Assembly: GCA_965214605.1 (NCBI GenBank) | Contig: OZ243961.1 | Location: 768,001-832,000, forward strand | Length of the DNA: 64,000 nucleotides | Direction of reading: 5' to 3' | Source of the DNA: an uncultured Candidatus Binatia bacterium | GTDB taxonomy: Bacteria; Desulfobacterota; Binatia; Bin18 | Shown here: piece by piece, positions 9,123-18,553 of the stretch | Layout: each line of letters starts with the position of its first letter | Numbering within the stretch: the first letter of the stretch is position 1 | Translations under genes and position numbers: made by a program | Notes under the pieces: generated by a model | The model's input: only the letters and a program-made list of their open reading frames with translations | Databases searched by the model: none | Told to the model about the DNA's origin: nothing

Positions 9123-11169
9123 TTAGGCCTGTGTGAGCGTGTCCAGGATAAAGGCATACGCAAAGGCGGTCTCTTTGAGCAGATCGTAGCGGCCCGAGGC
9201 TCCGCCATGGCCGGCTCCCAGTATTGGTTTTTAGCACCAGACGCCTCGTATCAGTTTTGGTCGTCCGCAGCTTGGCCGTCCACTTGGCCGGCTCCCAGTA
9301 TTGGACACGGGGGTCGTTCAGTCCGGCGGTGATCAACAGGTGCGGATAGGCTTGGGCTTTGACATTGTCGTATGGCGAATACGACAGCATATAGTCATAG
9401 TAGGCTTTGAGCTGAGGGTTGCCCCATTCCTCATACTCGGCAACCGTGAGCGGAAGGGACTCGTCCAGCATGGTGGTAACGACATCGACAAACGGCACCT
9501 GAGCAACCGCGACCGCGGCTAAACACGGGGCCATATTCATGACCGCTCCGATCAGCAGACCGCCGGCACTGCCGCCCATGATCACCAGCCTATCACTGCG
9601 GGTATAGTTTTTGGCGACTAGGGTCTGGCCACAGGCGATGAAGTCGGTAAAGGTCTGTTTCTTGCTCAGCATTTTACCCTGCTCATACCAATCCCGGCCC
9701 ATTTCCTCGCCGCCCCGAATGTGGGCAAGCGCATACACAAAGCCACGGTCGAGCAGGCTCAGGCGGTTGCTGGAAAACCAGGGGTCTAGGCTAGAGCCGT
9801 AGGAGCCGTAGCCGTACAGCAGACAGGGGTTGGAGCCGTCGCGACGCAGCCCTTTTTTGTAGACCAGAGAGATTGGGATACGGGTGCCGTCCCGAGCGGT
9901 CGCAAACACCCGTTCGGAGCGGTAGGCATCTGCCTCAAAATTGCCCAACACCGGCTTTTGTTTGCGCAGGGTCCGGGTGTGCCGGGCCATATCGTAATCG
10001 AACGTCGAGTCAGGCGTGGTCAGCGACATATAGGTAAAGCGGAGCGTGTCGGCATCAAACTCCGGGTTTTCAGACTGCGCATAGGTATACACCGGCTCTG
10101 GAAAAGAGACGCAATATTCCTGACCGCTGGTAAAATGATGGACGCGCAGGGTTCGCAGCCCCTGTTCACGTTCATACAAGACTAGGTAGTCGGCAAACAC
10201 ATCAATATCGTCAAGCTTGACCGATTCACGGTGGGGCACAAACTCCCGCCAGTTTTCCCGAGTCAAGTCAGCAACCGGGGCGGTCACCAGCCGGAAGTTC
10301 TTGGCCGCGTCGTTAGTCAGAATGTAGAGCAGCCCGTACCGATGCTCGACGGAGTAGCGCCGGCCGGTCTGGCGTGGTAGGACGAGTCGGAAGCGGCCCT
10401 GCGGCGTGTCCGCCGGCAGAATGGACACCTCTCCGGTTTCGATACTGTCAACAGACAGAACGAGATATGCCTGGTCCTTGGTTTTGTAGAGGTGGACCCC
10501 GTGCAGCTCGTCCGCCTCGTGGTACAGCTCGCTATCCTCGCTGGGGTCGGTCATCAGCCGATGGCGGTACAGTTTATGGGGTCGCTTAGCCGTGTCCTGG
10601 GTGGTGTAAAACAGGGTGCGGTTATCGCTGGCCCACTCCAGCGAATAGCTCGTGCGAGGAATCCTGTCCGGCAACAGTTCGCCGCTGACGAGGTCTTTGA
10701 TATACACCGTATAGTCTTCTGAACCGGTGGTATCGAGCGAATAGGCCAGCAGGCTATGGTCGGGGCTCATTTCGTACACCCCCAGCCGCAGGTACTCGGA
10801 GCCGTCGGCCTCGGCGTTCAGGTCGAGCAGGACTGTCTCTTCAGCCTTCGGGCGGTCGGGCTTGCGGCAGTATATGGGATACTGCTTGCCCTTTTCGGTT
10901 CGCGAGTAGTACAGGAACGGGCCGCGCTTCACTGGAAGGGACAGGTCGGTCTCCTGGATGCGGTTCAGCATTTCGGTGTAGAGGGTGTGTTGCAGCTCGA
11001 CCGTATGCGCCATGACCGCCTCGGCGTAGGCGTTTTCGGCTTCTAGATGACTGATGACGGCAGGATTGCTTTTTTCCCGAAGCCAGTAATAGGGATCAAT
11101 CCGGGTATGGCCGTGGACGGTCAGTTTGTGATGAATCGGCGTTGCCACTGGCGGCGTCGGGACAGGCAT
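9123..11169 (-). pseudogene. ptrB: Oligopeptidase B (S9A protease II) with a 1-nt frameshift near the 3' end (pseudogene or sequencing error)
   Basis: DPYYWLR, YGYGSYG, HIRGGEEMG, GGSAGG and NDPRVQYWEPAKW motifs. Removing the base at 9221 restores NMGAGHGGASGRYDLLKETAFAYAFILD...stop at 9123. Confidence 0.85.
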
Positions 11170-11181
11170 ACGGACTCCTTA

Positions 11182-12114
11182 TTACGACGAGGAGACTGAG
11201 GCGGAGGATACCGAGGATGGAGCGTGTTCAGACTCTTCGGTCTGCCGGACTTTGCTCCGTTCTGGTCCGCCTTCATGACGGACCATGTATATGCCGCTGG
11301 CGATGATCAGCGCGCCGCCGCCCAACACGCCGGCGGTCGGGATGTCGCCCCACAGCCAATAGCCCAACACCATGGCCCACACTAGCCCGGTGTATTCAAA
11401 CGGCGCGATGAACGAGACTTCTCCATAGCGAAAAGCCTGGGCTAGCAGCCAGTGGGCGACAACCCCAATGAGACCGGTGATGAGAAAGAGCGGCACATGG
11501 GCCGGGGTAATCGGCGTCCAGCTGCTGGCGGCAAAAGGCAGGGTCGCAACAGCGCTGATGGCCATGTAATAGAATAAAATCCGGGTGCTCGGCTCGTGCT
11601 GACTGAGGCGGCGGGCGACTAGGCTGGTCACGGCCCAGACGACCGCGGCCAACAGGGCGAGGAAAGCGGCAAAACTGAAACCCAAACTGGCTGGCGACAA
11701 CACGATCAACACGCCGACAAACCCGCCAATCACGGCTACCCAGCGCGAGTGGGAAACTCGCTCGCCAAGAAAGATCCGACCAAACAGGGCCATGAACAGC
11801 GGAGCGCCGAACACGAGGGTATAGGCGTTGGCGAGCGAGATGGAGCGCAGGGCGATGATGAACAGCAGCCACGACACCAGCATCAACACCGAGCGGACCG
11901 CGTGTGCCAACAGATACGAGGTCGCCACCCCCCGGCGGCCCTGCTCCCACACCACCACCGCTAGCGCGGGCCCCACGCCGAGCAGCGCCCGCAGAAAGAC
12001 AATTTGGACAGCCGGATAGTGTGGCACCAACCACTTTGCCGTAGCATCGCTAACCGACAGCAAAGAGATGGTAGCGAGCATGTAGCAGACGGCCTTAAAG
12101 GGAGCGTTGATCAT
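11182..12114 (-). CDS. DMT/EamA family transporter
   Basis: About 10 hydrophobic segments, with FLGERVS...W.AV..GFVGVLIV and APFEYTGLVWA motifs. Confidence 0.9.
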   Translation of the reverse strand: MINAPFKAVCYMLATISLLSVSDATAKWLVPHYPAVQIVFLRALLGVGPALAVVVWEQGRRGVATSYLLAHAVRSVLMLVSWLLFIIALRSISLANAYTLVFGAPLFMALFGRIFLGERVSHSRWVAVIGGFVGVLIVLSPASLGFSFAAFLALLAAVVWAVTSLVARRLSQHEPSTRILFYYMAISAVATLPFAASSWTPITPAHVPLFLITGLIGVVAHWLLAQAFRYGEVSFIAPFEYTGLVWAMVLGYWLWGDIPTAGVLGGGALIIASGIYMVRHEGGPERSKVRQTEESEHAPSSVSSASVSSS

Positions 12115-12908
12115 TGCGGAGGCTTATCCTTTTTGCGCTGGCGGTATTTTTCGACCATATAAGAGCCGGCGGCCACCCCACCACCGTCGACGACTAGGAC
12201 AGTTCCGGTAATAAAGCTTGAGTCGGGAGAGGCCAGAAACAGAGCTGCATGGGCAATTTCTTCAACCTGGCCGAAACGGGCGATCGGCATATGCTGAGCG
12301 CGCTCGCGCAGAGCCTCTGGCGGCCAGGTTCTCAACAGCTCGGTTTCAATCGGGCCGGGAGCGATTGCGTTGACGGTAATACCATAGTCGGCCAAATCAA
12401 GCGCGGCCGAGCGGGTGAGACCAATAATCCCAGCTTTGGCCGCGCCGTAGGGAGCCAGATTAATCGGTCCCATCAGTCCGGCCACAGACGCGATATTCAC
12501 AATCCGGCCGTACTCCTGCTTGGCCATTTCCCGGGCCGCAGCTTGGGCACAGTAGAACGAACCGGACAGATGAATATTGATGTGCTGCTGCCAGTTGTCT
12601 TTACTAACTTCCAAGAAGCGCTGACCTTTGCCGATTCCGGCGTTATTGACTAGGACGTCAATCTTCCCCAAGGCGTCGAGCGTGGTCGAGACGAGAGCCT
12701 GCACCTGATCATAATCACTGACGTCGGTGCGGTGCACGAATGCACGGCGACCGAGCTGACGGATTTCATCGGCCGTGGCTTGGGAGGTCTCCATATTCAG
12801 GTCTGCGATTGCAATATCCGCCCCTTCAGCTGCAAAACGCAGGGCAATCGCTCGACCGATCCCCTGACCTGCTCCGGTAACGAGGGCGGTCTGGTTTTGG
12901 AGCTGCAT
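12111..12908 (-). CDS. SDR family oxidoreductase (FabG-like)
   Basis: TGAGQGIG, NNAG, NIAS and YGAAK motifs; the stop overlaps the DMT start (ATGA). Confidence 0.93.
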   Translation of the reverse strand: MQLQNQTALVTGAGQGIGRAIALRFAAEGADIAIADLNMETSQATADEIRQLGRRAFVHRTDVSDYDQVQALVSTTLDALGKIDVLVNNAGIGKGQRFLEVSKDNWQQHINIHLSGSFYCAQAAAREMAKQEYGRIVNIASVAGLMGPINLAPYGAAKAGIIGLTRSAALDLADYGITVNAIAPGPIETELLRTWPPEALRERAQHMPIARFGQVEEIAHAALFLASPDSSFITGTVLVVDGGGVAAGSYMVEKYRQRKKDKPPQ

Positions 12909-12960
12909 CAGCGACCTCCTCTTCTCTTATGTTTGATACGGCTGATCTGGTCGGCAACCC

Positions 12961-14208
12961 TCATAGCCTGTCCTTGTTTTGATCCGCCACCAACACGCCC
13001 TGCTCGTGTAGGCCTCGAATCTGCTCGTCCGAATAGCCGCACAGATCGCGCAGGAGCTCGACGTTATGCTGTCCCAGACGGGACGCCGGCCCCGGAATAC
13101 GCGGCGGAGTCTTGGAAAACTTATGCGGCGACTTGAGCAGTAGCAGTTCTCCATAGTCGGCATTTGGCGTTTTTTCGATCATGCGTGCACTCAGGTGCGG
13201 GTTCTCGGCAAACTGGCCAATCGATAAAATTGGCGCGACCGGCAGCCGCAGTTCGTCTGCCATAATCCGGATGGCCTCTTCATCGCTTGACAGCGACTGC
13301 AACCACTCTTCGATCATGACTCTGAGGGCGTCGGCGTTCTGGATGCGCCAGCGGTTGGTCTTAAACTCGGGCGAGGCCAGCAGTTCTTCCCGACCCATGC
13401 GTTTGACTAGCGTCACCCAGTGGTCCTCAGTAATCAGGCCAATCGCAATATAGCCGTCCTTCGACTTAAACGACCCGTACGGAAAGGCGCCGCTGCGCTG
13501 GTTGCCGCCCCGCTGTGGGTCCACCTTGCCGCTGCTTACGCTGTAGGCAGCCAGCGCCCAGTCGTGGGCGTTGTAGGTACAATCGACCAACGCTAAATCA
13601 ATATACTGCCCTTCGCCCGTCCGTTGGCGATGGAACAGCGCGGCACTCATCGAGCCAAAGGCGTTGAGGGCGGCCATATGGTCGCCGACCGCCGAACCCG
13701 GATAGGCCGGGTAGTCATCCGGCTCACCGATCATGTGCAGAAACCCGCCGACCCCTAAGGCCACCAAATCATTGCCGATCCGTCGCGCGTACGGACCGGT
13801 TTGGCCATAGGTCGAGACCGAACACATGATGATGGAAGGATTAATCTCGGACAGCTCATCATAGCTCAGGCCGTAGCTAGCCATAATGCCGGGCGTGAAG
13901 TTCTCAAACACCACATCGACGCTTTCGACCAAGCGCTTGATCAGCGTCTGCCCCTGAGGAGTCTTAATATCAACCCCTAGGCTCTTTTTGCCCCGGTTGT
14001 GCAGAATAAAGTAACTCGGGGTTGCACCATCTTTGCCGTCCTTGGGCACAATCCGAATATGGCGGCTGTGCTCACCCCGAGGCGGCAGTTCAACCTTGAT
14101 GATCTCAGCGCCGAGATCAACCATCAGCCGCGTGGCCTGTGGGCCCGCAAGCCACTGGGTAAAATCAAGCACCCGGATACCTTCGAAAATTTGCTTTTGG
14201 ATTGCCAT
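12961..14208 (-). CDS. Family III CoA-transferase (CaiB/BaiF)
   Basis: IRVLDFTQWLAGP, LGAEIIKVE, NRGKKS and ENFTPG motifs; catalytic Asp in SAVGDH. Confidence 0.93.
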   Translation of the reverse strand: MAIQKQIFEGIRVLDFTQWLAGPQATRLMVDLGAEIIKVELPPRGEHSRHIRIVPKDGKDGATPSYFILHNRGKKSLGVDIKTPQGQTLIKRLVESVDVVFENFTPGIMASYGLSYDELSEINPSIIMCSVSTYGQTGPYARRIGNDLVALGVGGFLHMIGEPDDYPAYPGSAVGDHMAALNAFGSMSAALFHRQRTGEGQYIDLALVDCTYNAHDWALAAYSVSSGKVDPQRGGNQRSGAFPYGSFKSKDGYIAIGLITEDHWVTLVKRMGREELLASPEFKTNRWRIQNADALRVMIEEWLQSLSSDEEAIRIMADELRLPVAPILSIGQFAENPHLSARMIEKTPNADYGELLLLKSPHKFSKTPPRIPGPASRLGQHNVELLRDLCGYSDEQIRGLHEQGVLVADQNKDRL

Positions 14209-14225
14209 AGCTATTCCCCCACCTG

Positions 14226-14954
14226 TCAGAAGCTCTTCCCGGCCATAAAACCGCCGTCAATCGGATAGGTTGCCCCGGTGATACAATGCGCCTCGGCTGA
14301 TGCAACAAAGAGCATGAAGGAAGCAACTCCTTCGGGCTGTACTCTGCGTCTGGCCGGGTGCATGCTGCGAAGCGACGCCACCACATTGGGATCGTTAAAA
14401 TAGCTGGCCGTCATACCTGTCTCAACCACGCCGGGCGCAATCGCATTGACCTGGATATCGTCCGTGGCCATTTCTTTGGTCAGCCCAACGACCGCGTGCT
14501 TGGACGCCACATAGGCGGGGCCCGGTTCGGCACCCCGACCACGCTAGCCACTGAGGCCAGGTTGACACCTTTCCCGCCCTGCCCCTGGGCGGTCATCTGG
14601 AGGGCTGCCGCCTGGCTGTACAAAAAGGTCCCGCTCAGATACCCGTTGGCATTCTGTAAAATCCAGCTCCAGAAACGCCGCAATTTCGTGCACGCCCGCA
14701 CTGTTGACCAAGATATCGACCCCGCCGAGTTCCCGCACCGCAGTTTTGACCGCATTAGGCCGCGCAACATCAAGCTGGATCACACGGGCCTTTCCGCCCG
14801 CACTGACGATAGTTTCACCGCTGTCATGGGCTGAATCCAAATTGACATCGGCCGCGGTCAGGTCCGCACCTTCTTTGCTAAAGGCTAGACACGCCGCCCG
14901 GCCGATACCGCTACCAGCCCCTGTGACCAGGACACGTGTGTTCTCAAACCGCAT
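14226..14954 (-). pseudogene. SDR pseudogene with at least two frameshifts
   Basis: Three frames give consecutive SDR parts: MRFENTRVLVTGAGSGIG...VNSAG, then SGTFLYSQAAA...VNLASVA, then AYVASKHAVVGLTK...IDGGF. Confidence 0.85.
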
Positions 14955-14973
14955 GAACGCCTCCTTAACTATA

Positions 14974-15064
14974 CTGACAGGCACTCATACCTCACACCTA
15001 CCCGTATCAGTCTCTCCTTCACCGTGGGCACTAAGCCGCTGACAGGCACTCATACCTCACACCT
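14974..15064. repeat. Perfect 26-bp direct repeat CTGACAGGCACTCATACCTCACACCT (two copies, 39-bp spacer)
   Basis: Copies at 14974-14999 and 15039-15064. Confidence 0.9.
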
Positions 15065-15914
15065 CCTCCATCGCCTAGCCACGAGACGATACTTGCTCTA
15101 GTGGCTAGCTAGTTGCCGCAATGCCTGAACGAGCCGGGCAGAACGCTCTTTGGCTGACCCTATCCGGGGTGCGCTTGCTTTTTGAGCCCGGACAGTTAAG
15201 GAAGCTGCTAGCCCTAAGCGACATGCGTGGCCAGGCAGTGGGGAACAGGCCCAGCGCCTCTCCGTCGATCAACACAACGCCCTCGCCGCGTTTATTCTCA
15301 AAGACGGACAAGACGAAAGGCGCCGGAACGCGGCGTTTGCAAGCTCACCTACACGCTCCGGACGACTCGCCGGTGCAGGTCGCGGGGGAAGACCGCAAAA
15401 GGCCGACCGAAGCACTTCCTAGCACAGGCTCTGTTGTGTCCCGGACAACACGACAGTTTCGTCAGCAGCTAAAGACACGACCGGACGCAATCCCACGATA
15501 GGCGAAGGTCGTTCACCAACACTGCGAGGCCAACCCATAGCGCGAGAGTTGGCGTTTCAAGCCAGTACATCTAACCCGACCGATCTACCGGTGGCATGCC
15601 CAAGAGCGACCGGGCAGTTGGTCAACGGGAGGCCAGGGGCATGCTATGGTTCTGAATCGTCTCACCTGCGGACCCCGACCAAATGCGCAGCTGGGGGATG
15701 GAACACTCAGGGCGCTAGCGCCCCGTCAGAGCATAGCGGTTCAGCCGTCAGGACCTTGATTTCGAATCGCCCTCTGCATAGCGTCCTCTGCAGCGCCTTG
15801 GTCGTCCCTGGCAGGAGCGGACGGCAGGTCTTGAGCGTCCGCCAACCCAGAATAGATCAAGACGATCAATGCATAATCTGCTGATCGCTTCCTTACATGA
15901 GGCCTTTCGGCATT

Positions 15915-15951
15915 CCCCTCCCTCTCCCTCCGGGAGAGAGCCGGGATGAGG
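15915..15951. repeat. REP-like palindrome (CTCTCCC-N3-GGGAGAG)
   Basis: ccctctccc-tcc-gggagagag-ccgggatgagg just beyond the LLM stop codon. Confidence 0.65.
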
Positions 15952-15955
15952 ACGC

Positions 15956-16972
15956 TTAGGTCTGAAACGCCGGCATGACCTCCCTGGCGAACAGCTCCAG
16001 CGACCTCGTCGATTTCCTGGGGTCCATACCTGCAAGCTGGGTGCTCATAATGAAGTGGGTGCATTGGAATTCGCTAGCGAAGCGCTCCATTTTCCTGGCC
16101 ACTTGATCGGGCGTACCGATCATCACCGCTCGGCCAAACGCCGAGTCACGGAGTTCGCTGGGTTTGGTGAACATCCAGACGTCTTTGTCACCGGGCGCGT
16201 CATTGGCCTCGGCCAGGATATGGCCGTAAAACTCCATCATGCTGAAAAGATGGTCTTGACAGTCTTCCCAGGCCTGCTCCTCGGTGTCGGCCAAGTACAC
16301 CAGACGAAGCTGGGCAATGTGAAAATCGTCCGGGTTACGCCCGCACTGCCTGAGCTCATCCACATACCACGGCGCGGGGTCCGGGCCGATGGTAGCCATG
16401 AGATGACAGCCAAGTCGGGCAGCGCTGCGGGTCGCCTTTTCGGCACGCGCGCCGATCCACAGCGGCATCGGCCGCTGGACCGGCCGCGGGCTCAGGCGGA
16501 GGTCTTTGACCTGAGTGAAGCGACCGTCAAACGTGACCGTGTCCTCGGTCCAAACCTTCTGGATCAATTCGACGCCCTCGCGCAAACGCGCAGAGCGTTC
16601 TTTCCGCGGCATACAGAGCGCGTCAAACTCCAGGTAGGAGTAGCCCTGCCCGACACCTAGGTCAAAACGGCCGTTTGACCAGATGTCTACACAGGTCGCG
16701 TCTTCGGCCACCCGAATCGGGTGCTGAAACGGCAGCAGCAAGATAAACGTACCGATGCGAATCGTACTCGTGCGTGTGGCAATTGCCGCCGCGGTCGGCA
16801 GCAGCGAAGGATTGTAGCCGTCGTCCGTAAAGTGATGCTCGGTCAGCCAGACATGGTTATAGCCCAGTTGTTCAGCCCGGACCGTCTGCTCTAGCACCGC
16901 GGCGTACAACTCGGGAAACGGCCGGCGCCACGGCTCGGGGTTACGGAAATCTTGCATAAAGCCAAATTTCAT
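15956..16972 (-). CDS. LLM class flavin-dependent oxidoreductase
   Basis: VWLTEHHFTDDGYNPS, HPIRVAED, GRFDLGVGQGY and FAREVMPAF. Start at ATG 16972 after an AAGGAG RBS. Confidence 0.92.
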   Translation of the reverse strand: MKFGFMQDFRNPEPWRRPFPELYAAVLEQTVRAEQLGYNHVWLTEHHFTDDGYNPSLLPTAAAIATRTSTIRIGTFILLLPFQHPIRVAEDATCVDIWSNGRFDLGVGQGYSYLEFDALCMPRKERSARLREGVELIQKVWTEDTVTFDGRFTQVKDLRLSPRPVQRPMPLWIGARAEKATRSAARLGCHLMATIGPDPAPWYVDELRQCGRNPDDFHIAQLRLVYLADTEEQAWEDCQDHLFSMMEFYGHILAEANDAPGDKDVWMFTKPSELRDSAFGRAVMIGTPDQVARKMERFASEFQCTHFIMSTQLAGMDPRKSTRSLELFAREVMPAFQT

Positions 16973-17043
16973 GGTGTGTCTCTCCTTAACTCCCGGGGTC
17001 GGGCTTTTACATAGCGGTTTTTCCATGCTGGCGACAGGCCGCG

Positions 17044-17073
17044 CTCACCCCCTTCTCCCTGGGGGAGAGGGGC
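17044..17073. repeat. REP-like palindrome, inverted relative to the 15915 copy
   Basis: ctcacccc-cttctccc-tgg-gggagagggg. Confidence 0.6.
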
Positions 17074-17098
17074 CCACGGAAAGTTAAGGAGAAGCGCC

Positions 17099-17809
17099 AT
17101 GTCACGGGTGTTGCTGCCAGTGCTGATCAGTCTGAGTCTGGCTTCGGTCGTCTTTGCCTACCAGGAAGTGCAGGTCACCGACGCTGGGATAATCCAGGGT
17201 CAGGTCATCTTCACGGGACCAATCCCCGTACCCGGCGTCCTGCCGGTGCTAAAGAATCGCGCGGTGTGCGGCGAACAGGTTCCGGACGAGAGCCTAGTCG
17301 TCAGCCTCAACCGTGGAGTCAAAAATGTGGCGGTCATTGTTGAGAGTATTACGGCTGGCAAAGCGCTCCCACGCCGCCTAGCCGTCTTGGATAACAAAGG
17401 CTGTGCCTTTGTCCCTCGGGTGCAAGCGCTCGTGGTCGGCCAGACGCTAGAGCTGCGCAACAGCGACCCCATTCTGCATAATGCCCACGCCCACCTGCCG
17501 TCTTATGGGACTCTGTTCAACCTAGGGCTTCCTCACTGGCGTCGGATACGACACACGCTGCAAGACATCGGGCGTATCAGCATTGACTGCAACGTCCTGC
17601 ATACCTGGATGCGGGCCTATCTCATTGTGACAACGCACCCGTACGCCACGATCAGTGATGCCGAAGGGCGTTTCAGCCTGGATCAGGTCCCGGCCGGGAC
17701 CTACACGCTCCGCCTGTGGCACGAACGTTTGGGGGAGCTGAGTCGCAGGGTGTTGGTTGGAGAAAAACAAGAGGTTTGGCTCAGCCTAGCGTACGATGGA
17801 GCACGATAA
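17099..17809 (+). CDS. Exported cupredoxin-like protein with a C-terminal carboxypeptidase-regulatory-like domain
   Basis: Signal peptide (..SVVFA-YQ), DNKGCAFVPRV, NSDPILHNAH, CNVLHTWM and HPYA..D.EGRF.L..VPAGTYTL.LWHE motifs. Confidence 0.75.
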   Translation: MSRVLLPVLISLSLASVVFAYQEVQVTDAGIIQGQVIFTGPIPVPGVLPVLKNRAVCGEQVPDESLVVSLNRGVKNVAVIVESITAGKALPRRLAVLDNKGCAFVPRVQALVVGQTLELRNSDPILHNAHAHLPSYGTLFNLGLPHWRRIRHTLQDIGRISIDCNVLHTWMRAYLIVTTHPYATISDAEGRFSLDQVPAGTYTLRLWHERLGELSRRVLVGEKQEVWLSLAYDGAR

Positions 17810-17909
17810 GGCACTGCTGGGCATCGCGTCATATCCCTGGCATAGATAGTAGGAAATGACGGACGGAGAGGCGAAACCCGGTCAGATTCCGTTCGGCCCA
17901 AGGCGGTGT

Positions 17910-18293
17910 TTCGCTGAACAACACGTCTTTTGCGTAGAGGGTATCTACGTACTCTCGGACCGCCTGAATCTTCCGACCCTCTACATCAAAGCGCACGCGG
18001 CAGTAATTCTCATCAGTCTCTCCTTTGGCAGTTTTGCCCCGCGCAATCCATTCCACCGCAACAGCGTTGTCTTCAGCGATCTGCACCTGGACCGACACGC
18101 TGTTTGGCTTGAAATAGGACTGCGCCCGGCCAAAGCAGTCTTCAAGCACCTCTTTCTTGCCAGTATAGGGACCCGCAACAGGGAGTGACCCAGGGAGCCA
18201 CCGCGTCACATCATCGGCAAAGGCAGCGCTCATGCCGTGCGATACATCGTCGATAAAACCCAGTACGATTTTCTTGCTCTCCTCAGCACTCAG
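17910..18293 (-). pseudogene. NTF2/SnoaL-like (ketosteroid isomerase-like) gene, probably decayed
   Basis: SAEESKKIV..F, FADDVT.WLPGSLP..G.Y.GK, IAED..VAVE and KIQAVREYVDTL motifs. CTG replaces ATG after AGGAGG, and GAA sits where the stop is expected after LFS. Confidence 0.7.
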
Positions 18294-18553
18294 AGAACAC
18301 CTCCTGTGTCTGCCGGCGTACACCAATCGTTGGTACGATCATAAGCCGCACCCGCAGCCGCCCCTTCTCTTCACCCTACGCAGCTCCAACATGGGGGATA
18401 CTGGTAAAGAGCTGCACCGAATACGCGGTCAGGCGGGTCTATAGGACAACAGAGGCAGCCAGCTCACGCTTGACCTCATTCCGCTTGTGGGGCATAGCCA
18501 AGCCAGGGGACAGTGTGCGGTTCACTCTCAGCGGGGAAGTAAGGAGGGAGATC

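Noticed and set aside
14974-15064. CRISPR array interpretation of the 26-bp repeat
   Set aside because: Only two units, non-palindromic, no AT-rich leader and no cas genes in the window; kept only as a direct repeat.
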